The notes below the pieces were generated by a model that was not told where the DNA came from, did no database searches, and saw only the letters and a list, made by a program, of their open reading frames with translations. This document shows, piece by piece, positions 37,464 through 47,651 of a DNA stretch of 64,000 nt. Source of the stretch: Alphaproteobacteria bacterium (lineage in GTDB: Bacteria > Pseudomonadota > Alphaproteobacteria > UBA8366 > GCA-2717185); NCBI GenBank assembly GCA_012103325.1, contig WLWY01000014.1, forward strand, positions 21,218-85,217. The letters are read 5' to 3'. How positions within the stretch are numbered: the first letter of the stretch is position 1; every line of letters starts with the position of its first letter. The translations under genes and the position numbers were made by a program.

Positions 37464-38837
37464 TTATTTAGCCACCGCTAGAGGTTCCGGAATGGGTTCG
37501 CCGCAGGCCAGCTGCGGATCCCGTTGCGTCGACTCCCAACCCGGCATCTTTTTGAGCTGCGCACAATCGAGGCCGATAGCGCCCCGGATATCGGCGCTGG
37601 AAATGAAGGTTTCGCTGAATTCGGCTTCGGTAAAATCGACGCTTCGCAAGTCGGCGCCCGCAAAGATAACCCTTCGCAGCTTCGCGCCAACCAGATAGGC
37701 CCCCTTCAGGTTCGCGCGAAAGAAACTCACATTGGTCAACGTCGTGTCCGAGAGATCCGCGCCTTCAAGATTCGCCATATTGAAGTTCTTCAGCGCCTTT
37801 TCCTCGCCGCGGAGCGAAATACCGGTCAAGTCGGCGCCCCGCAGGTCGGCGCGCTCCAGGTCGCGCGACACCAGGTCCGCTTCCCGCAAATCGGCCTTGG
37901 CAAGGCTCAGGCCGCGGGTCAAAGGCCTTTGCTGCATCTGCACGATCTGTTGCGGCGCTTCCGACGGTTCGGTCGTCGTCGGTTCGGTGACCGAAACCGG
38001 CGCTGCCGGTGCGACCGCAATTTGCGTATCCGCTTCCCGTACCCATTCCGGCATTGCCGCCACGACAATCGGCTCCGCGACATCGGAAGCAAACCCGATC
38101 AATGTCGGTCCATGTTCGACCGAACGCTCCCATATAAACTTGACCGAAACGGTAACCAGAACGACCAGAACGACCCACAGCGACGCATACCGCCAGCCGC
38201 GGCGATGGGCGGCGGGCCGGTAGCGGATTTCGAGCCAGACCAGTACCGTCGTGACCAGTGCGGTCATCAGCAACAGCAGCGGCAAGTCCGCCAACCCACT
38301 CGCCTTCCATACGAAAATGAGCATGACCAGGGGCGCCAGCCAATAGAACAGGAACCCGGTGAGCAGCTGTGCGAACCGCCCCGGCATGTTGAAGACGAAC
38401 GGCAAGGGCTGTGTGACCATTCCCGGCGGTATGTTGCGCCAGTAGGCGATAAAAATGTGCATGTAGATAACCAGCCCGATCAGAACGATCGGCCCGACGA
38501 TCAAGAAGTTCGAGAAATCGATATCCGTGTTGGCAAAGGGCAGCTTTATCTTGTTGTTGTTCTCGACCAACAGCGCGTCCGGCGTCCCCAGGGTCAGGAT
38601 GCAAAAGAAGCAGTAGCCGACGATGGTGAGCATGACGCGGCGGATCGTCTTCGACGCTTCGTCGTGCAGTTCCTGCCAGTTCGGTCTGTCTCCGACTTCC
38701 GACGGGTCCGGTGGCCACCACCAGCGGCGCGGCCATTTCGAGTCGTCGCTCAGACGACCGGCGATACGGCTTATAAGCGGCGCTTCGGTTGTCGCCGCGC
38801 TATCGCCCACCGTTTGGCGATCCGTGCCTTCAACCAT
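37464..38837 (-). CDS. multi-pass membrane protein with C-terminal pentapeptide-repeat domain
   Basis: 457 aa. Several hydrophobic helices in the N-terminal half. The C-terminal part ADLREADLVSRDLERADLRGADLTGISLRG...ANLEGADLSDTTLTNVSFFRANLKGAYLVGAKLRRVIFAGADLRSVDF is a classic A(D/N)LxX pentapeptide repeat. Confidence 0.85.
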   Translation of the reverse strand: MVEGTDRQTVGDSAATTEAPLISRIAGRLSDDSKWPRRWWWPPDPSEVGDRPNWQELHDEASKTIRRVMLTIVGYCFFCILTLGTPDALLVENNNKIKLPFANTDIDFSNFLIVGPIVLIGLVIYMHIFIAYWRNIPPGMVTQPLPFVFNMPGRFAQLLTGFLFYWLAPLVMLIFVWKASGLADLPLLLLMTALVTTVLVWLEIRYRPAAHRRGWRYASLWVVLVVLVTVSVKFIWERSVEHGPTLIGFASDVAEPIVVAAMPEWVREADTQIAVAPAAPVSVTEPTTTEPSEAPQQIVQMQQRPLTRGLSLAKADLREADLVSRDLERADLRGADLTGISLRGEEKALKNFNMANLEGADLSDTTLTNVSFFRANLKGAYLVGAKLRRVIFAGADLRSVDFTEAEFSETFISSADIRGAIGLDCAQLKKMPGWESTQRDPQLACGEPIPEPLAVAK

Positions 38838-38926
38838 CGACGCGCCCTCCGTCCCGGTTTATGCCGCCTTGCTCGAAATCACCTTCTGTCCGTTAACGGG
38901 ATCATACCGTCAGTAAGATCTGATCG

Positions 38927-40168
38927 CTACACCACCTCATCCGCGCGCAAGGACGCGATTGCCTTTGCGTCATAGCCGAGTTCCGCCAGGATCGCATCGG
39001 TGTGCTCACCAATCCCCGGCGGCGGAACGTCCGCACTGGGCGTATCGACAGGCGATTGAAACCCGGCGCCAACCGTACGGACCCTTTCATCGAGCCCCTG
39101 TGGTGCTGGCAGATCGAGCAGCACATTGCGGTGCGCGAGCTGTGGTTGCGCGACGGCTTGCGGCACCGTCAGAATTTCCGAGGCCGGCGCGCCCACCTCG
39201 GCCAGCTTGGGCACCCAGTTCGCGGCAGTATCGGCCAGGAACAGCTCGTCGAGAATGGCGCGCAGCGCACTGTAGTTTTCCTTGCGCGCCGCATCGGTGG
39301 CAAAGCGCGGGTCTTCGATCAATCCTGGGCGGCCAAGCGCCGTGAACAGCCCCCGAACCTGATTATCGAGAAGGACTGCCGTTAGGATATATCCTTCCTT
39401 TGTCTTGAATTGCTCCGCCGTCGCCAGCCCCGTGATCGACGAATTGCCGTTCGTCGTCGGCACCGTTCCGGCATTCAAAAAGTTCGCGACCAGAGGACCG
39501 AGCTGCGTCAGCGCGCTATCGAGCATCGCCACGTCGAGGAATTGTCCCTCGCCGGTCACTTCCCGGCGGAACAGGGCGCTGGCAATCGCGTAGGCTGCGG
39601 TGATCCCGGTCGTCATGTCGACGACGGTGAAGCCGATCCGCGTCGGTCCGTTTTCGGGGAACCCGGTCGTCGACGTCATGCCGGAGGCTGCCTGAATGGC
39701 ACTGTCGTACGCAGCAGCACCCGATCTCGGACCCTCCTGCCCGTAACCGGATATCGAACAGTAGACGATTGAGGGATTGATCGCCTTGATGGCCTCGTAA
39801 CCGAATCCCAGGCGGTCAACGACACCCGCCTTGAAGTTCTGAATGAATACGTCGGAGTCTTTGACGAGCCGGTGCACGATCTCCGCGGCGCGTTCGTGCT
39901 TGAGGTCGAGCGTTATCGACCGCTTGCCCGCATTGACGCTCATAAACAGCGGCGCCATGCGTTTGTCCAGGAACGCGCCGGACGTCAGCATCCCACGTGC
40001 CTGATCGCCGGAACCGCGCACCTCCACCTTGATCACGTCGGCACCAAGCAGGGCGAGTTGCTGCGTCGCGAACGGTCCCGCAAGAACCTGGGAAAAATCC
40101 GCGACCCGAATATTCTCAAAAGCTTTCGCCATGCCTGCTCCAATATTTGAACTTCGATGCCTTGACAC
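38927..40168 (-). CDS. family III CoA-transferase (CaiB/BaiF family)
   Basis: 413 aa. N-terminal RVADFSQVLAGPFATQQLALLGADVIKVE is the family signature. Confidence 0.9.
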   Translation of the reverse strand: MSRHRSSNIGAGMAKAFENIRVADFSQVLAGPFATQQLALLGADVIKVEVRGSGDQARGMLTSGAFLDKRMAPLFMSVNAGKRSITLDLKHERAAEIVHRLVKDSDVFIQNFKAGVVDRLGFGYEAIKAINPSIVYCSISGYGQEGPRSGAAAYDSAIQAASGMTSTTGFPENGPTRIGFTVVDMTTGITAAYAIASALFRREVTGEGQFLDVAMLDSALTQLGPLVANFLNAGTVPTTNGNSSITGLATAEQFKTKEGYILTAVLLDNQVRGLFTALGRPGLIEDPRFATDAARKENYSALRAILDELFLADTAANWVPKLAEVGAPASEILTVPQAVAQPQLAHRNVLLDLPAPQGLDERVRTVGAGFQSPVDTPSADVPPPGIGEHTDAILAELGYDAKAIASLRADEVV

Positions 40169-40248
40169 CCATCGCGGCTATAATGCGATATCGCAACGGT
40201 TCGGCAAACCGTCCGCTTCACCCGCGTAATAATACCAAGGATCGTTTT

Positions 40249-42333
40249 ATGAGTTACCGCATCGGCGTCGATATCGGTGGCACCTTCACAGACTTCGCGC
40301 TGTATGGAGCGGACGGCGGCACAATGGCCATCCACAAACAATTGACCACACCGGACGATCCCTCCGTTGCCGTGCTCGAAGGGATCGGCGACCTGCTGTC
40401 CCGCAACGATGTTGCCATGGCGGCTGTGGACGAAGTCGCCCATGGCACGACACTGGTTACCAACGCCATCATCGAGCGGCGCGGTGCCGTCACCGGGATG
40501 CTGGTAACCAAGGGCTTCAGCGATATTCCCGACATGCGGCTGGAGCAACGCTACGACCTGTTCGATCTGCGGCTCGAGTTTCCAACTGCACTCGTCGACC
40601 GGCCGCGACGCCGCGAGATCGCGGAACGCATCCGCTTCGATGGCACCATCGCCGAAGCCGTCGACCTGGACGCAGCGCGCAAGGCGATCGGCGATCTGGT
40701 GGAAACGCATGGGATCGAAGCGCTGGCCGTCTGCTTTTTGCATGCCTATGCAAACCCGGCGCACGAGACAGCGGTCGCGGAAATGGCAAGACGTGACTTT
40801 CCCGATCTCTACGTGACCGCATCGGCGGACGTGGTGCCGTCGATGCGCGAGTACGAGCGCTGGACCACGGCTTGCATCAACGCCTACACGCAACCCATGT
40901 TCGACCGTTATCTCGGCCGGCTGGAAGGCGGGCTGTCGGAACTGGGGTTCACCGGCAAGCTGTACATCATGACATCGAGCGGCGGCGTGCTGGCCCCCGA
41001 TGCCGCCCGGCAGTATCCCGTCCGCATGCTCGAATCCGGCCCCGCGGCAGGTGTCCTGATGTCCGCGCTGCACGGGCGCGCGATGGATCTGCCGGAACTG
41101 CTTTCCTTCGATATGGGCGGCACGACCGCGAAGGGCGCGCTGGTCCGGGGCGGCGCGCCGCTGCGCAAGTACGAGATGGAAGTCGCCCGGGTGCACGATT
41201 TCAAGCGCGGCAGCGGCCTGCCGGTCGTCACGCCGGCCATCGACATGATCGAAATCGGCGCCGGCGGCGGCTCGATTGCAGACATCGATGAGCGTGGGCT
41301 CCTGCGCGTCGGACCGCACAGCGCGGGCGCCGACCCCGGCCCCGCCTGCTACGGCGCCGGCGGCAGGAAGGCAACCCTGACCGACGCCAATCTGATCCTT
41401 GGCTATCTCGACCCCGATCATTTTCTCGGCGGTGACATGGCGCTGGACGTGAAGGCCGCAGAGCAGGCCATTCAGGATACGGTCGCGACGCCGCTGAGCC
41501 TCGACCTGCCCCGCGCCGCTTGGGGCATTCACGAAATCATCAACGAGGATGTTGCCCGCGCCTTTCGCATTCACGCCTCGGAGCGCGGTTTCGATTACCG
41601 GGATTCGAGCATGGTCGCGTTTGGTGGGTCGGGGCCGCTGCACGCTCTGGCCATCGCCCGCATCTTGAAGGTTCCCCGCGTGATCTTCCCCATCGGCGCT
41701 GGGGTGATGTCGGCATTGGGCTTGTTGGCGAACCCGCTGGCCTTCGAATTGAGCCGGTCGCGCATCGCCTTGCTCGACGATCTCGACCGGGAAGCCTTTG
41801 CGGCCACCTTCGCGACGCTGATCGACGATGCCACCGGCTTCCTACGGCGCGCCGATATCGCATCCGGCGATATCACCGTCCGGTGCATTGTCGACATGCG
41901 CTATTACGGACAAGGCCGGGAGATCGAAATCGTCCTACCGGATACCAATATCGCGGCACAGTTCGACGCACTGACCACATTGTTCGAAGCACGATACGCG
42001 GCGCTGTTTTCGGTCAGCACGCCGGGAGGGCCGCTGGAAATCGTCAACTGGAAGGTCGAGGCCACGGGACCCGATACAGGTCTGCAAAGCGGCTACAAAA
42101 TGACGACCGCGGCTGCCGCGAAAAGCGACGCCCGGAAAGGCATACGCCGCGCCTATTTCAACACCGACGCTTACGATTGCCCCGTCTACGACCGTTACCA
42201 GCTCGACGCCGGTGTGACAATCGAAGGGCCGGCCATGGTCGAGGAGCGGGAATCGACCTGCGTCATCGGTCCCGGCGAAACGGCCAATGTAGATGCTGCC
42301 GGAAATCTGATCGCTGAGCTGGGAGTGAACTGA
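40249..42333 (+). CDS. hyuA: hydantoinase/oxoprolinase family, A (beta) subunit
   Basis: MSYRIGVDIGGTFTDF start typical of HyuA / N-methylhydantoinase A / acetone carboxylase beta. Trimmed from the ORF-track start 40147 to ATG 40249. Confidence 0.9.
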   Translation: MSYRIGVDIGGTFTDFALYGADGGTMAIHKQLTTPDDPSVAVLEGIGDLLSRNDVAMAAVDEVAHGTTLVTNAIIERRGAVTGMLVTKGFSDIPDMRLEQRYDLFDLRLEFPTALVDRPRRREIAERIRFDGTIAEAVDLDAARKAIGDLVETHGIEALAVCFLHAYANPAHETAVAEMARRDFPDLYVTASADVVPSMREYERWTTACINAYTQPMFDRYLGRLEGGLSELGFTGKLYIMTSSGGVLAPDAARQYPVRMLESGPAAGVLMSALHGRAMDLPELLSFDMGGTTAKGALVRGGAPLRKYEMEVARVHDFKRGSGLPVVTPAIDMIEIGAGGGSIADIDERGLLRVGPHSAGADPGPACYGAGGRKATLTDANLILGYLDPDHFLGGDMALDVKAAEQAIQDTVATPLSLDLPRAAWGIHEIINEDVARAFRIHASERGFDYRDSSMVAFGGSGPLHALAIARILKVPRVIFPIGAGVMSALGLLANPLAFELSRSRIALLDDLDREAFAATFATLIDDATGFLRRADIASGDITVRCIVDMRYYGQGREIEIVLPDTNIAAQFDALTTLFEARYAALFSVSTPGGPLEIVNWKVEATGPDTGLQSGYKMTTAAAAKSDARKGIRRAYFNTDAYDCPVYDRYQLDAGVTIEGPAMVEERESTCVIGPGETANVDAAGNLIAELGVN

Positions 42334-42344
42334 TGCGGACGGAA

Positions 42345-42462
42345 CCGTCGTCCACCCCCACCTTAATCCTCCCCCCTCAAGGAGGAGGAGAGCAACTTGT
42401 TAATCTGTTTTAGTTTTCCCTTCCCCCTTGAGGGGGGAAGGCTAGGAAGGGGGTGGACGACG
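42345..42462. repeat. REP-like intergenic element, head-to-head pair (family GGGGAAGGCTAGGA(A/T)GGGGG)
   Basis: Left arm CCGTCGTCCACCCCCACCTTAATCCTCCCCCCTCAAGG and right arm CCTTGAGGGGGGAAGGCTAGGAAGGGGGTGGACGACGG are imperfect reverse complements. A second copy of the family lies at 48327-48437. Confidence 0.7.
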
Positions 42463-42496
42463 GCTCCCCTGAAAAAGTTAGCAGGAGGACCCTAGT

Positions 42497-44134
42497 ATGA
42501 CGGAGCAGACATACGACGCAGTAAGCCTCGCCATCATGTGGGACCGCCTGATCTCGGTTACCGACGAGATCGTCTCGACCCTGGTACGCACGTCCTTTTC
42601 GACCATCGTGCGGGAAAGCTACGACCTGTCCGTCGTGCTGCTGGACGCCGATGGGCGATTGATGGCGCAAGGCTCCTACAGCGTGCCGGTCTTCATCGGC
42701 ACGGCGCCGCGCACTCTGCGCTACATGCTGGACAAGTTTCCGCCGGAGACCCTGCGCCCCGGCGACGTGATTGCCACCAACGACCCCTGGATGGGGACCG
42801 GCCACATCTTCGATATCTCCGTCATGCGGCCGGTGTTTCGCGGCGACAGGCTTGTCGGCTACACGATGAGCATTACGCATCTGCCGGATATCGGCGGGCT
42901 CGGCTTCGGCGCTTCAGCCACGGAGATATTCCACGAAGGCCTGCGCCTGCCGATCTGCAAGCTCGCGAACGAAGGGGTGCTGGACCCTTTTATCCTGGAG
43001 CTGGTCGAAGTCAATGTGCGAGTGCCGGACCAGACAATCGGCGATCTGCTTGCCAACGTCACCTGCAACGAAGTCGGTGGCCGGCAGCTGCTCGACTTCA
43101 TGGACGAATATGGTGTCGAGGATCTCGGTCCCCTTTCCGAGGCGATCCGTGCCCAGTCGGAGCGGGCGATGCGCGACAAGATCGCCGAGATCAAGAACGG
43201 CACTTACCGCCACGAAATCCAGATCGAAGGAGTCGAGGCGCCGATTACGCTTGCCTGCACCTTGGCGGTCGAGGATGAGGATATCCACGCCGACTTCACC
43301 GGCACCGGCGGCTGCGTGCGGCACGGCATCAACGTGCCGCTCTGCTACACCAATGCGATGACGCTCTATGCCATCAAGTGCCTGACCGCCGGCAACATCC
43401 CGAACAATGAAGGCTTCACCCGTCCGGTCACGGTCAGCGCGCCGGAAGGCTGCCTGCTCAACGCACAGCCGCCCTCGCCCACCGGCGGGCGGCACATCAT
43501 CGGTCACTTTGTGCCGTCACTGATCTTCGGCGCGCTGGCCGACGCGGCACCGGACAAGGTGCAGGCGGATTGCGGCATGATGGATTTGATGACGATCCAG
43601 GGCACCGCCCCGAACGGCCGCGGCATCTCCACGATATATTTCTCCGCCGGCGGCTTCGGCGCCCTCTCCGGCCAGGACGGCCACGACACCGTGCCGGGCC
43701 CGTCCAACATGGCAGTCGTGCCAGTCGAAACGTGGGAGACCATCACCGGCATGACGGTGATGGAAAAGCGCTTCCTGCCCGATTCCGGCGGTCCCGGCGC
43801 AGCGCGTGGCGGTGTCGGCCAAGCCGTCGTCCTTCGCAATGACAGCGGCCATCCCATGACCGTCTTCTGCATGGCCAACCGCACGGAATTTCCACCGGTC
43901 GGCTATCACGGCGGGCAACCGGGCCAGATGCGCGAACATCAGATCAACGGCAAAACCGTGCACCCCAAGGGCAGCTATATCCTGCAGGACGGCGACACGA
44001 TCACGTTGCAACAGGCCGGCGGCGGCGGGATCGGCGCCCCCAAGGACCGGCCGCGCGAGAAGGTGCTGGCGGACATCGAAGCCGGGTTTGTGACAAAAGA
44101 GGGTGCAGATCGGGATTATGGCGTCGAGATCTAA
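42497..44134 (+). CDS. hyuB: hydantoinase B/oxoprolinase family protein
   Basis: 545 aa. AGGAGG Shine-Dalgarno. DPWMGTGHIFDISVMRPVF and C-terminal GGGGIGAP...R...V..D motifs typical of HyuB. Paired with hyuA. Confidence 0.9.
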   Translation: MTEQTYDAVSLAIMWDRLISVTDEIVSTLVRTSFSTIVRESYDLSVVLLDADGRLMAQGSYSVPVFIGTAPRTLRYMLDKFPPETLRPGDVIATNDPWMGTGHIFDISVMRPVFRGDRLVGYTMSITHLPDIGGLGFGASATEIFHEGLRLPICKLANEGVLDPFILELVEVNVRVPDQTIGDLLANVTCNEVGGRQLLDFMDEYGVEDLGPLSEAIRAQSERAMRDKIAEIKNGTYRHEIQIEGVEAPITLACTLAVEDEDIHADFTGTGGCVRHGINVPLCYTNAMTLYAIKCLTAGNIPNNEGFTRPVTVSAPEGCLLNAQPPSPTGGRHIIGHFVPSLIFGALADAAPDKVQADCGMMDLMTIQGTAPNGRGISTIYFSAGGFGALSGQDGHDTVPGPSNMAVVPVETWETITGMTVMEKRFLPDSGGPGAARGGVGQAVVLRNDSGHPMTVFCMANRTEFPPVGYHGGQPGQMREHQINGKTVHPKGSYILQDGDTITLQQAGGGGIGAPKDRPREKVLADIEAGFVTKEGADRDYGVEI

Positions 44135-44157
44135 TAGGGAAAAAGCGGGGCACTCAA

Positions 44158-44649
44158 GTGAATGACCAGAAAGAACTGGAGGGCGGCTGCGCCTGCGGCA
44201 CGGTCCGCTATCGCATGACGTCAAAACCCCTGTTCGTGCATTGCTGCCACTGCCGCTGGTGCCAGCGCGAGTCGGGCGCGGCATTCGCCATTAATGCGAT
44301 GATCGAGTCCGACCGCGTCGTGTTGCTGCAAGGCATGCCGGAAATTGTCGACACGCCATCGGAAAGCGGTAACGGACAAAAATTCGCCCGCTGCCCGGCT
44401 TGCAAAGTCGCACTGTGGAGTACCTATACCGGCGCGGGCGAACTGATCCGCTTCGTGCGTGCGGGCACGCTCGACGATCCCGACCGGGTACCGCCCGACA
44501 TTCATATCTACACGGCGTCGAAACAGCCCTGGATCATCCTGCCCTCCAATGTTCCGGCGGTTGAGGAATACTATCGCCGCAGCCAGTATTGGCCGGAAGA
44601 CAGCCTCGCGCGGCGCAAGGCGTGCTATGCCAAACACGGCGCAGGCTGA
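44158..44649 (+). CDS. GFA family protein (CENP-V/glutathione-dependent formaldehyde-activating domain)
   Basis: Cys clusters GGCACGTVRY, HCCHCRWCQRESG and CPACK. GTG start. Confidence 0.8.
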   Translation: MNDQKELEGGCACGTVRYRMTSKPLFVHCCHCRWCQRESGAAFAINAMIESDRVVLLQGMPEIVDTPSESGNGQKFARCPACKVALWSTYTGAGELIRFVRAGTLDDPDRVPPDIHIYTASKQPWIILPSNVPAVEEYYRRSQYWPEDSLARRKACYAKHGAG

Positions 44650-44678
44650 GCCTCTTTATCGTTTGAAAGGACAAAACC

Positions 44679-45614
44679 ATGCAAGCCGTCCGCGTCGACC
44701 CGAACGCACCGGGCCATCTGAAACTGACCGATGCGCCCGATCCCGTGCCCCTGTCGAGCCAGGCGCTCGTCGATGTGAAGGCGATTTCGCTCAACCTCGG
44801 CGAAGTGAAGCGAGCGCGGCGCAGCGAACCGGGCACGCTACTCGGCTGGGACGTCGCCGGTGTCGTTGCGGAGAAAGCCGCAGATGGCTCCGGCCCCGCC
44901 GTCGGCACGCGCGTCGTCGGCGTCATGAATACCGGCGCCTGGGCGGAACGGGCCGCCATCGAAACCGCCTGGATGGCGCCCCTGCCAGATAGCGTCTCGT
45001 TCGAAGTGGCATCGACCTTGCCGGTCGCGGGACTGACGGCGCTGTACAGCCTGGAACAGGCGGGCCAGTTGCTCGGCCGGCGCGTGCTGGTGACGGGCGC
45101 GTCGGACGGCGTTGGGCTGTATGCGATCCGGCTCGCCAAACTGTCGGGGGCCACAGTCACGGCGTTGGTCCGGCGCGAGGAAGCCCGCGGCGTAGCCGAA
45201 GCGGCCGGTGCGGACCATGTCGTCGTCGGCGAAAACGGAAAGACCGCCGCCGCGCACGCGCCCTATCACTGCGTCTTGGATTCGGTCGGCGGTCCGGTGC
45301 TGGCCGATGCGCTCAAGATGGTCGCCCGCGGTGGCATCCTCGTCAGCTACGGCGTTTCCGCCGGCGAAGACGCGCTTATCAATGCCCGCGAATTCTTCAT
45401 CACCGGGCGGAGCCGCTATTACGGGCTTTATCTCTTCACCGAGTTCGGCCGCAGGCCGGCCCGGGACGGCCTGCGCGTGCTCGCGGACCTCGTCGCCGAC
45501 GGCAAGCTCGACGTGCATATCGAGGCACGCGCCGACCTTGCCGGATTGGGCGGTCTCGCGGAGCGGCTTTTCAATCGCGAGATTTCCGGTAAGGCCGTCG
45601 TACTTGTCGATTAA
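44679..45614 (+). CDS. MDR-superfamily oxidoreductase (quinone oxidoreductase / zinc-type alcohol dehydrogenase-like)
   Basis: 311 aa. GroES-like N-terminus and nucleotide-binding VLVTGASDGVGLYAIRLAK. Confidence 0.85.
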   Translation: MQAVRVDPNAPGHLKLTDAPDPVPLSSQALVDVKAISLNLGEVKRARRSEPGTLLGWDVAGVVAEKAADGSGPAVGTRVVGVMNTGAWAERAAIETAWMAPLPDSVSFEVASTLPVAGLTALYSLEQAGQLLGRRVLVTGASDGVGLYAIRLAKLSGATVTALVRREEARGVAEAAGADHVVVGENGKTAAAHAPYHCVLDSVGGPVLADALKMVARGGILVSYGVSAGEDALINAREFFITGRSRYYGLYLFTEFGRRPARDGLRVLADLVADGKLDVHIEARADLAGLGGLAERLFNREISGKAVVLVD

Positions 45615-45662
45615 GTCTGCTTTGACTTAGCCTATACGGAACCACTATCGGGAGCACGCGAT

Positions 45663-46103
45663 ATGACAACCGAAATGACGACTCTCAAGCTGAAGAAACT
45701 GGCCGATTCGAGCCGCGTCGAATTCGGTCCTCTGGCGCATTACAATCCGCTCATTGCGGATGGCGACACGCCGGTGCGCACGGGCATCCAGACCTCAGCC
45801 CCCGGCTACGTCGCGCCGATGCATTGGCATCCCTACATCGAAATCCTGTTCATCATCGAAGGCGAGATGGAAGCCTGGCTCGAAGGCGGCGAGAACGATC
45901 CGGTCCGCCTCGGACCCGGCGATTCCGTGGCGCTGCCCGCGAACGTGCCGCATTCCTTCCGCACGGTCGGCGATAAGACGATGCGGCTGCTCGGCATCCA
46001 TTCAAGCTCGGACCGGACTGTAAATTATCTCGACCGGGAAACGGATGCAGACGGTTATCCGATCCTCTACGCGGAGACGAAGCCGCAGGCGCAGGCAAGC
46101 TGA
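45663..46103 (+). CDS. cupin domain protein
   Basis: 146 aa. Cupin motifs PMHWHPYIEILFIIEGE and PANVPHSF. Confidence 0.8.
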   Translation: MTTEMTTLKLKKLADSSRVEFGPLAHYNPLIADGDTPVRTGIQTSAPGYVAPMHWHPYIEILFIIEGEMEAWLEGGENDPVRLGPGDSVALPANVPHSFRTVGDKTMRLLGIHSSSDRTVNYLDRETDADGYPILYAETKPQAQAS

Positions 46104-46111
46104 CGGCCAGC

Positions 46112-46549
46112 TTGCTTAACGCCGAACAGCGCGCGTTTTTGCAATCGCAGCGCACCGCTACACTTGCGACCGCGGATGCGGCAGGCGCGCCCCATGTGCT
46201 CCCGGTTTGCTTTCTCGCCGAAGCGGCTACCGTCTACATCGCCATCGACGAGAAACCGAAGCGTGTCGCCGGACGCAATCTCAAGCGGTTGCGCAACATC
46301 GCCGAAAACCCGCAGGTCGCGTTGGTCGCCGATCATTACGACGATGCCGATTGGTCCAGGCTCGGCTGGGTCATGGTGCGGGGCCGCGCCGAGATCCTCG
46401 AAAACGGACCGGAACACACGCGCGCGCAACAGGGACTGAAAGCGCGCTATTCGCAATACGCGGAAATGGCGTTGGAGCGTCTCCCGGTCATCGCCATTCG
46501 CATCGAACGAGTCACCAGTTGGGGCGATCTCAAGAGCACAATCAGTTGA
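46112..46549 (+). CDS. pyridoxamine 5'-phosphate oxidase (PPOX) family protein
   Basis: 145 aa. LATADAAGAPHVLPVCF...IAIDEKPK...NPQVALVADHYDDADWSRLGWVMVRGRAEIL is typical of the PPOX split-barrel class. TTG start, so the start is uncertain. Confidence 0.7.
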   Translation: MLNAEQRAFLQSQRTATLATADAAGAPHVLPVCFLAEAATVYIAIDEKPKRVAGRNLKRLRNIAENPQVALVADHYDDADWSRLGWVMVRGRAEILENGPEHTRAQQGLKARYSQYAEMALERLPVIAIRIERVTSWGDLKSTIS

Positions 46550-46614
46550 TTGGCCATCGCTCGAACCCGTCCGATAAGCTGCGGCAACGAAACCGCATTG
46601 CAGGGAGCATAGAT

Positions 46615-47505
46615 ATGCGCAAGGGATTGCTTACCACCATCGCCGCCGCCGCGCTGCTGACGATACCGTTGGGCGCACAGGCTCAGATGGACGATGTGAA
46701 AATCAAAGCCCAGAAGCTGACCGATGGCATTCATATGCTACGGGGCAAGGGCGGCAATATCGGCGTGCTGACCGGCCCGGACGGCACCTTCATGATCGAC
46801 GACCAGTTCGCACCGCTGACGGACAAGATCCTGGCCGCGATCAAGGAAATCGGTGGCGACGTGCCGCGCTTCATGATCAACACGCATTACCATCACGATC
46901 ATACCGGCGGAAACGAAAACCTCGGCAATAAGGGCGTTATCATCGTCAGCCATGACAATGTCCGCAAGAAACTGGTCAACGGGGCCACGATCAAGGCCTT
47001 CAACAAGGTCATCCCACCCGCGGCAAAAGCCGCCGTACCGGTCATCACGTTTGCCGAGGAAATGACGTTTCATCTGAACGGCGAAACCCTACACGTCTTC
47101 CATAGCAGCAACGCGCACACCGACGGCGACAGCATCATCCATTTCAAGAAGGCCAATGTGATCCACGCCGGCGACACCTTCTTCAACGGTTTCTATCCGT
47201 TTATCGACACCGGCGCCGGCGGCACGGTGCAGGGCGTTATCGCGGCCGTCGACAAGATGCTGGCGCTGGCCGACGACAATACGAAGATTATTCCGGGACA
47301 CGGTCCGTTGGCGGACAAGGCCGCGCTTGTCGCGTACCGCACTATGCTGATGACGGCACAGACCCGGCTGAGCAGCTTAAAATCGTCCGGGAAGTCCGCC
47401 GCCGACGCGGTCGCCGCGAAACCGCTCTCGGATCTAGAGACCACGTGGGGCAAGGGTTTCCTGCCGACCGACAAGTGGATCACGATCGTCTACGACGGCG
47501 TCTAA
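46615..47505 (+). CDS. secreted MBL-fold metallo-hydrolase
   Basis: Signal peptide MRKGLLTTIAAAALLTIPLGAQA and HYHHDHTGG (HxHxDH) motif. The ORF-track start 46207 overlaps the PPOX gene and was trimmed to ATG 46615. Confidence 0.85.
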   Translation: MRKGLLTTIAAAALLTIPLGAQAQMDDVKIKAQKLTDGIHMLRGKGGNIGVLTGPDGTFMIDDQFAPLTDKILAAIKEIGGDVPRFMINTHYHHDHTGGNENLGNKGVIIVSHDNVRKKLVNGATIKAFNKVIPPAAKAAVPVITFAEEMTFHLNGETLHVFHSSNAHTDGDSIIHFKKANVIHAGDTFFNGFYPFIDTGAGGTVQGVIAAVDKMLALADDNTKIIPGHGPLADKAALVAYRTMLMTAQTRLSSLKSSGKSAADAVAAKPLSDLETTWGKGFLPTDKWITIVYDGV

Positions 47506-47651
47506 ACCCAGTTTTTCGGACCCCACAAACCAAAACCGCCTCGGCGTGAGCCGGGACGGTCTGCGTTGCGTCGCTACCTTATTTTCATCACGCCGCAACC
47601 GTTGCCATTATTTATAACGGCCGATTGTTATCAAATTATCGACCATGAAAT

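Noticed and set aside
37524-38975. 483-aa plus-strand ORF opposite the pentapeptide-repeat membrane protein
   Set aside because: Extremely Arg-rich shadow ORF. The minus-strand frame encodes coherent TM helices and pentapeptide repeats.
40033-41643. 536-aa minus-strand ORF overlapping hyuA
   Set aside because: It is antisense to a gene with an unmistakable hydantoinase A signature, has an Arg/Ala/Gly-rich composition and no recognisable domain.
47506-47651. Terminator between the convergent MBL gene and the hydrolase-like gene
   Set aside because: Only an imperfect hairpin (CCGCCTCGGC...GCCGGGACGG) without a U-tract, which is too weak to call.
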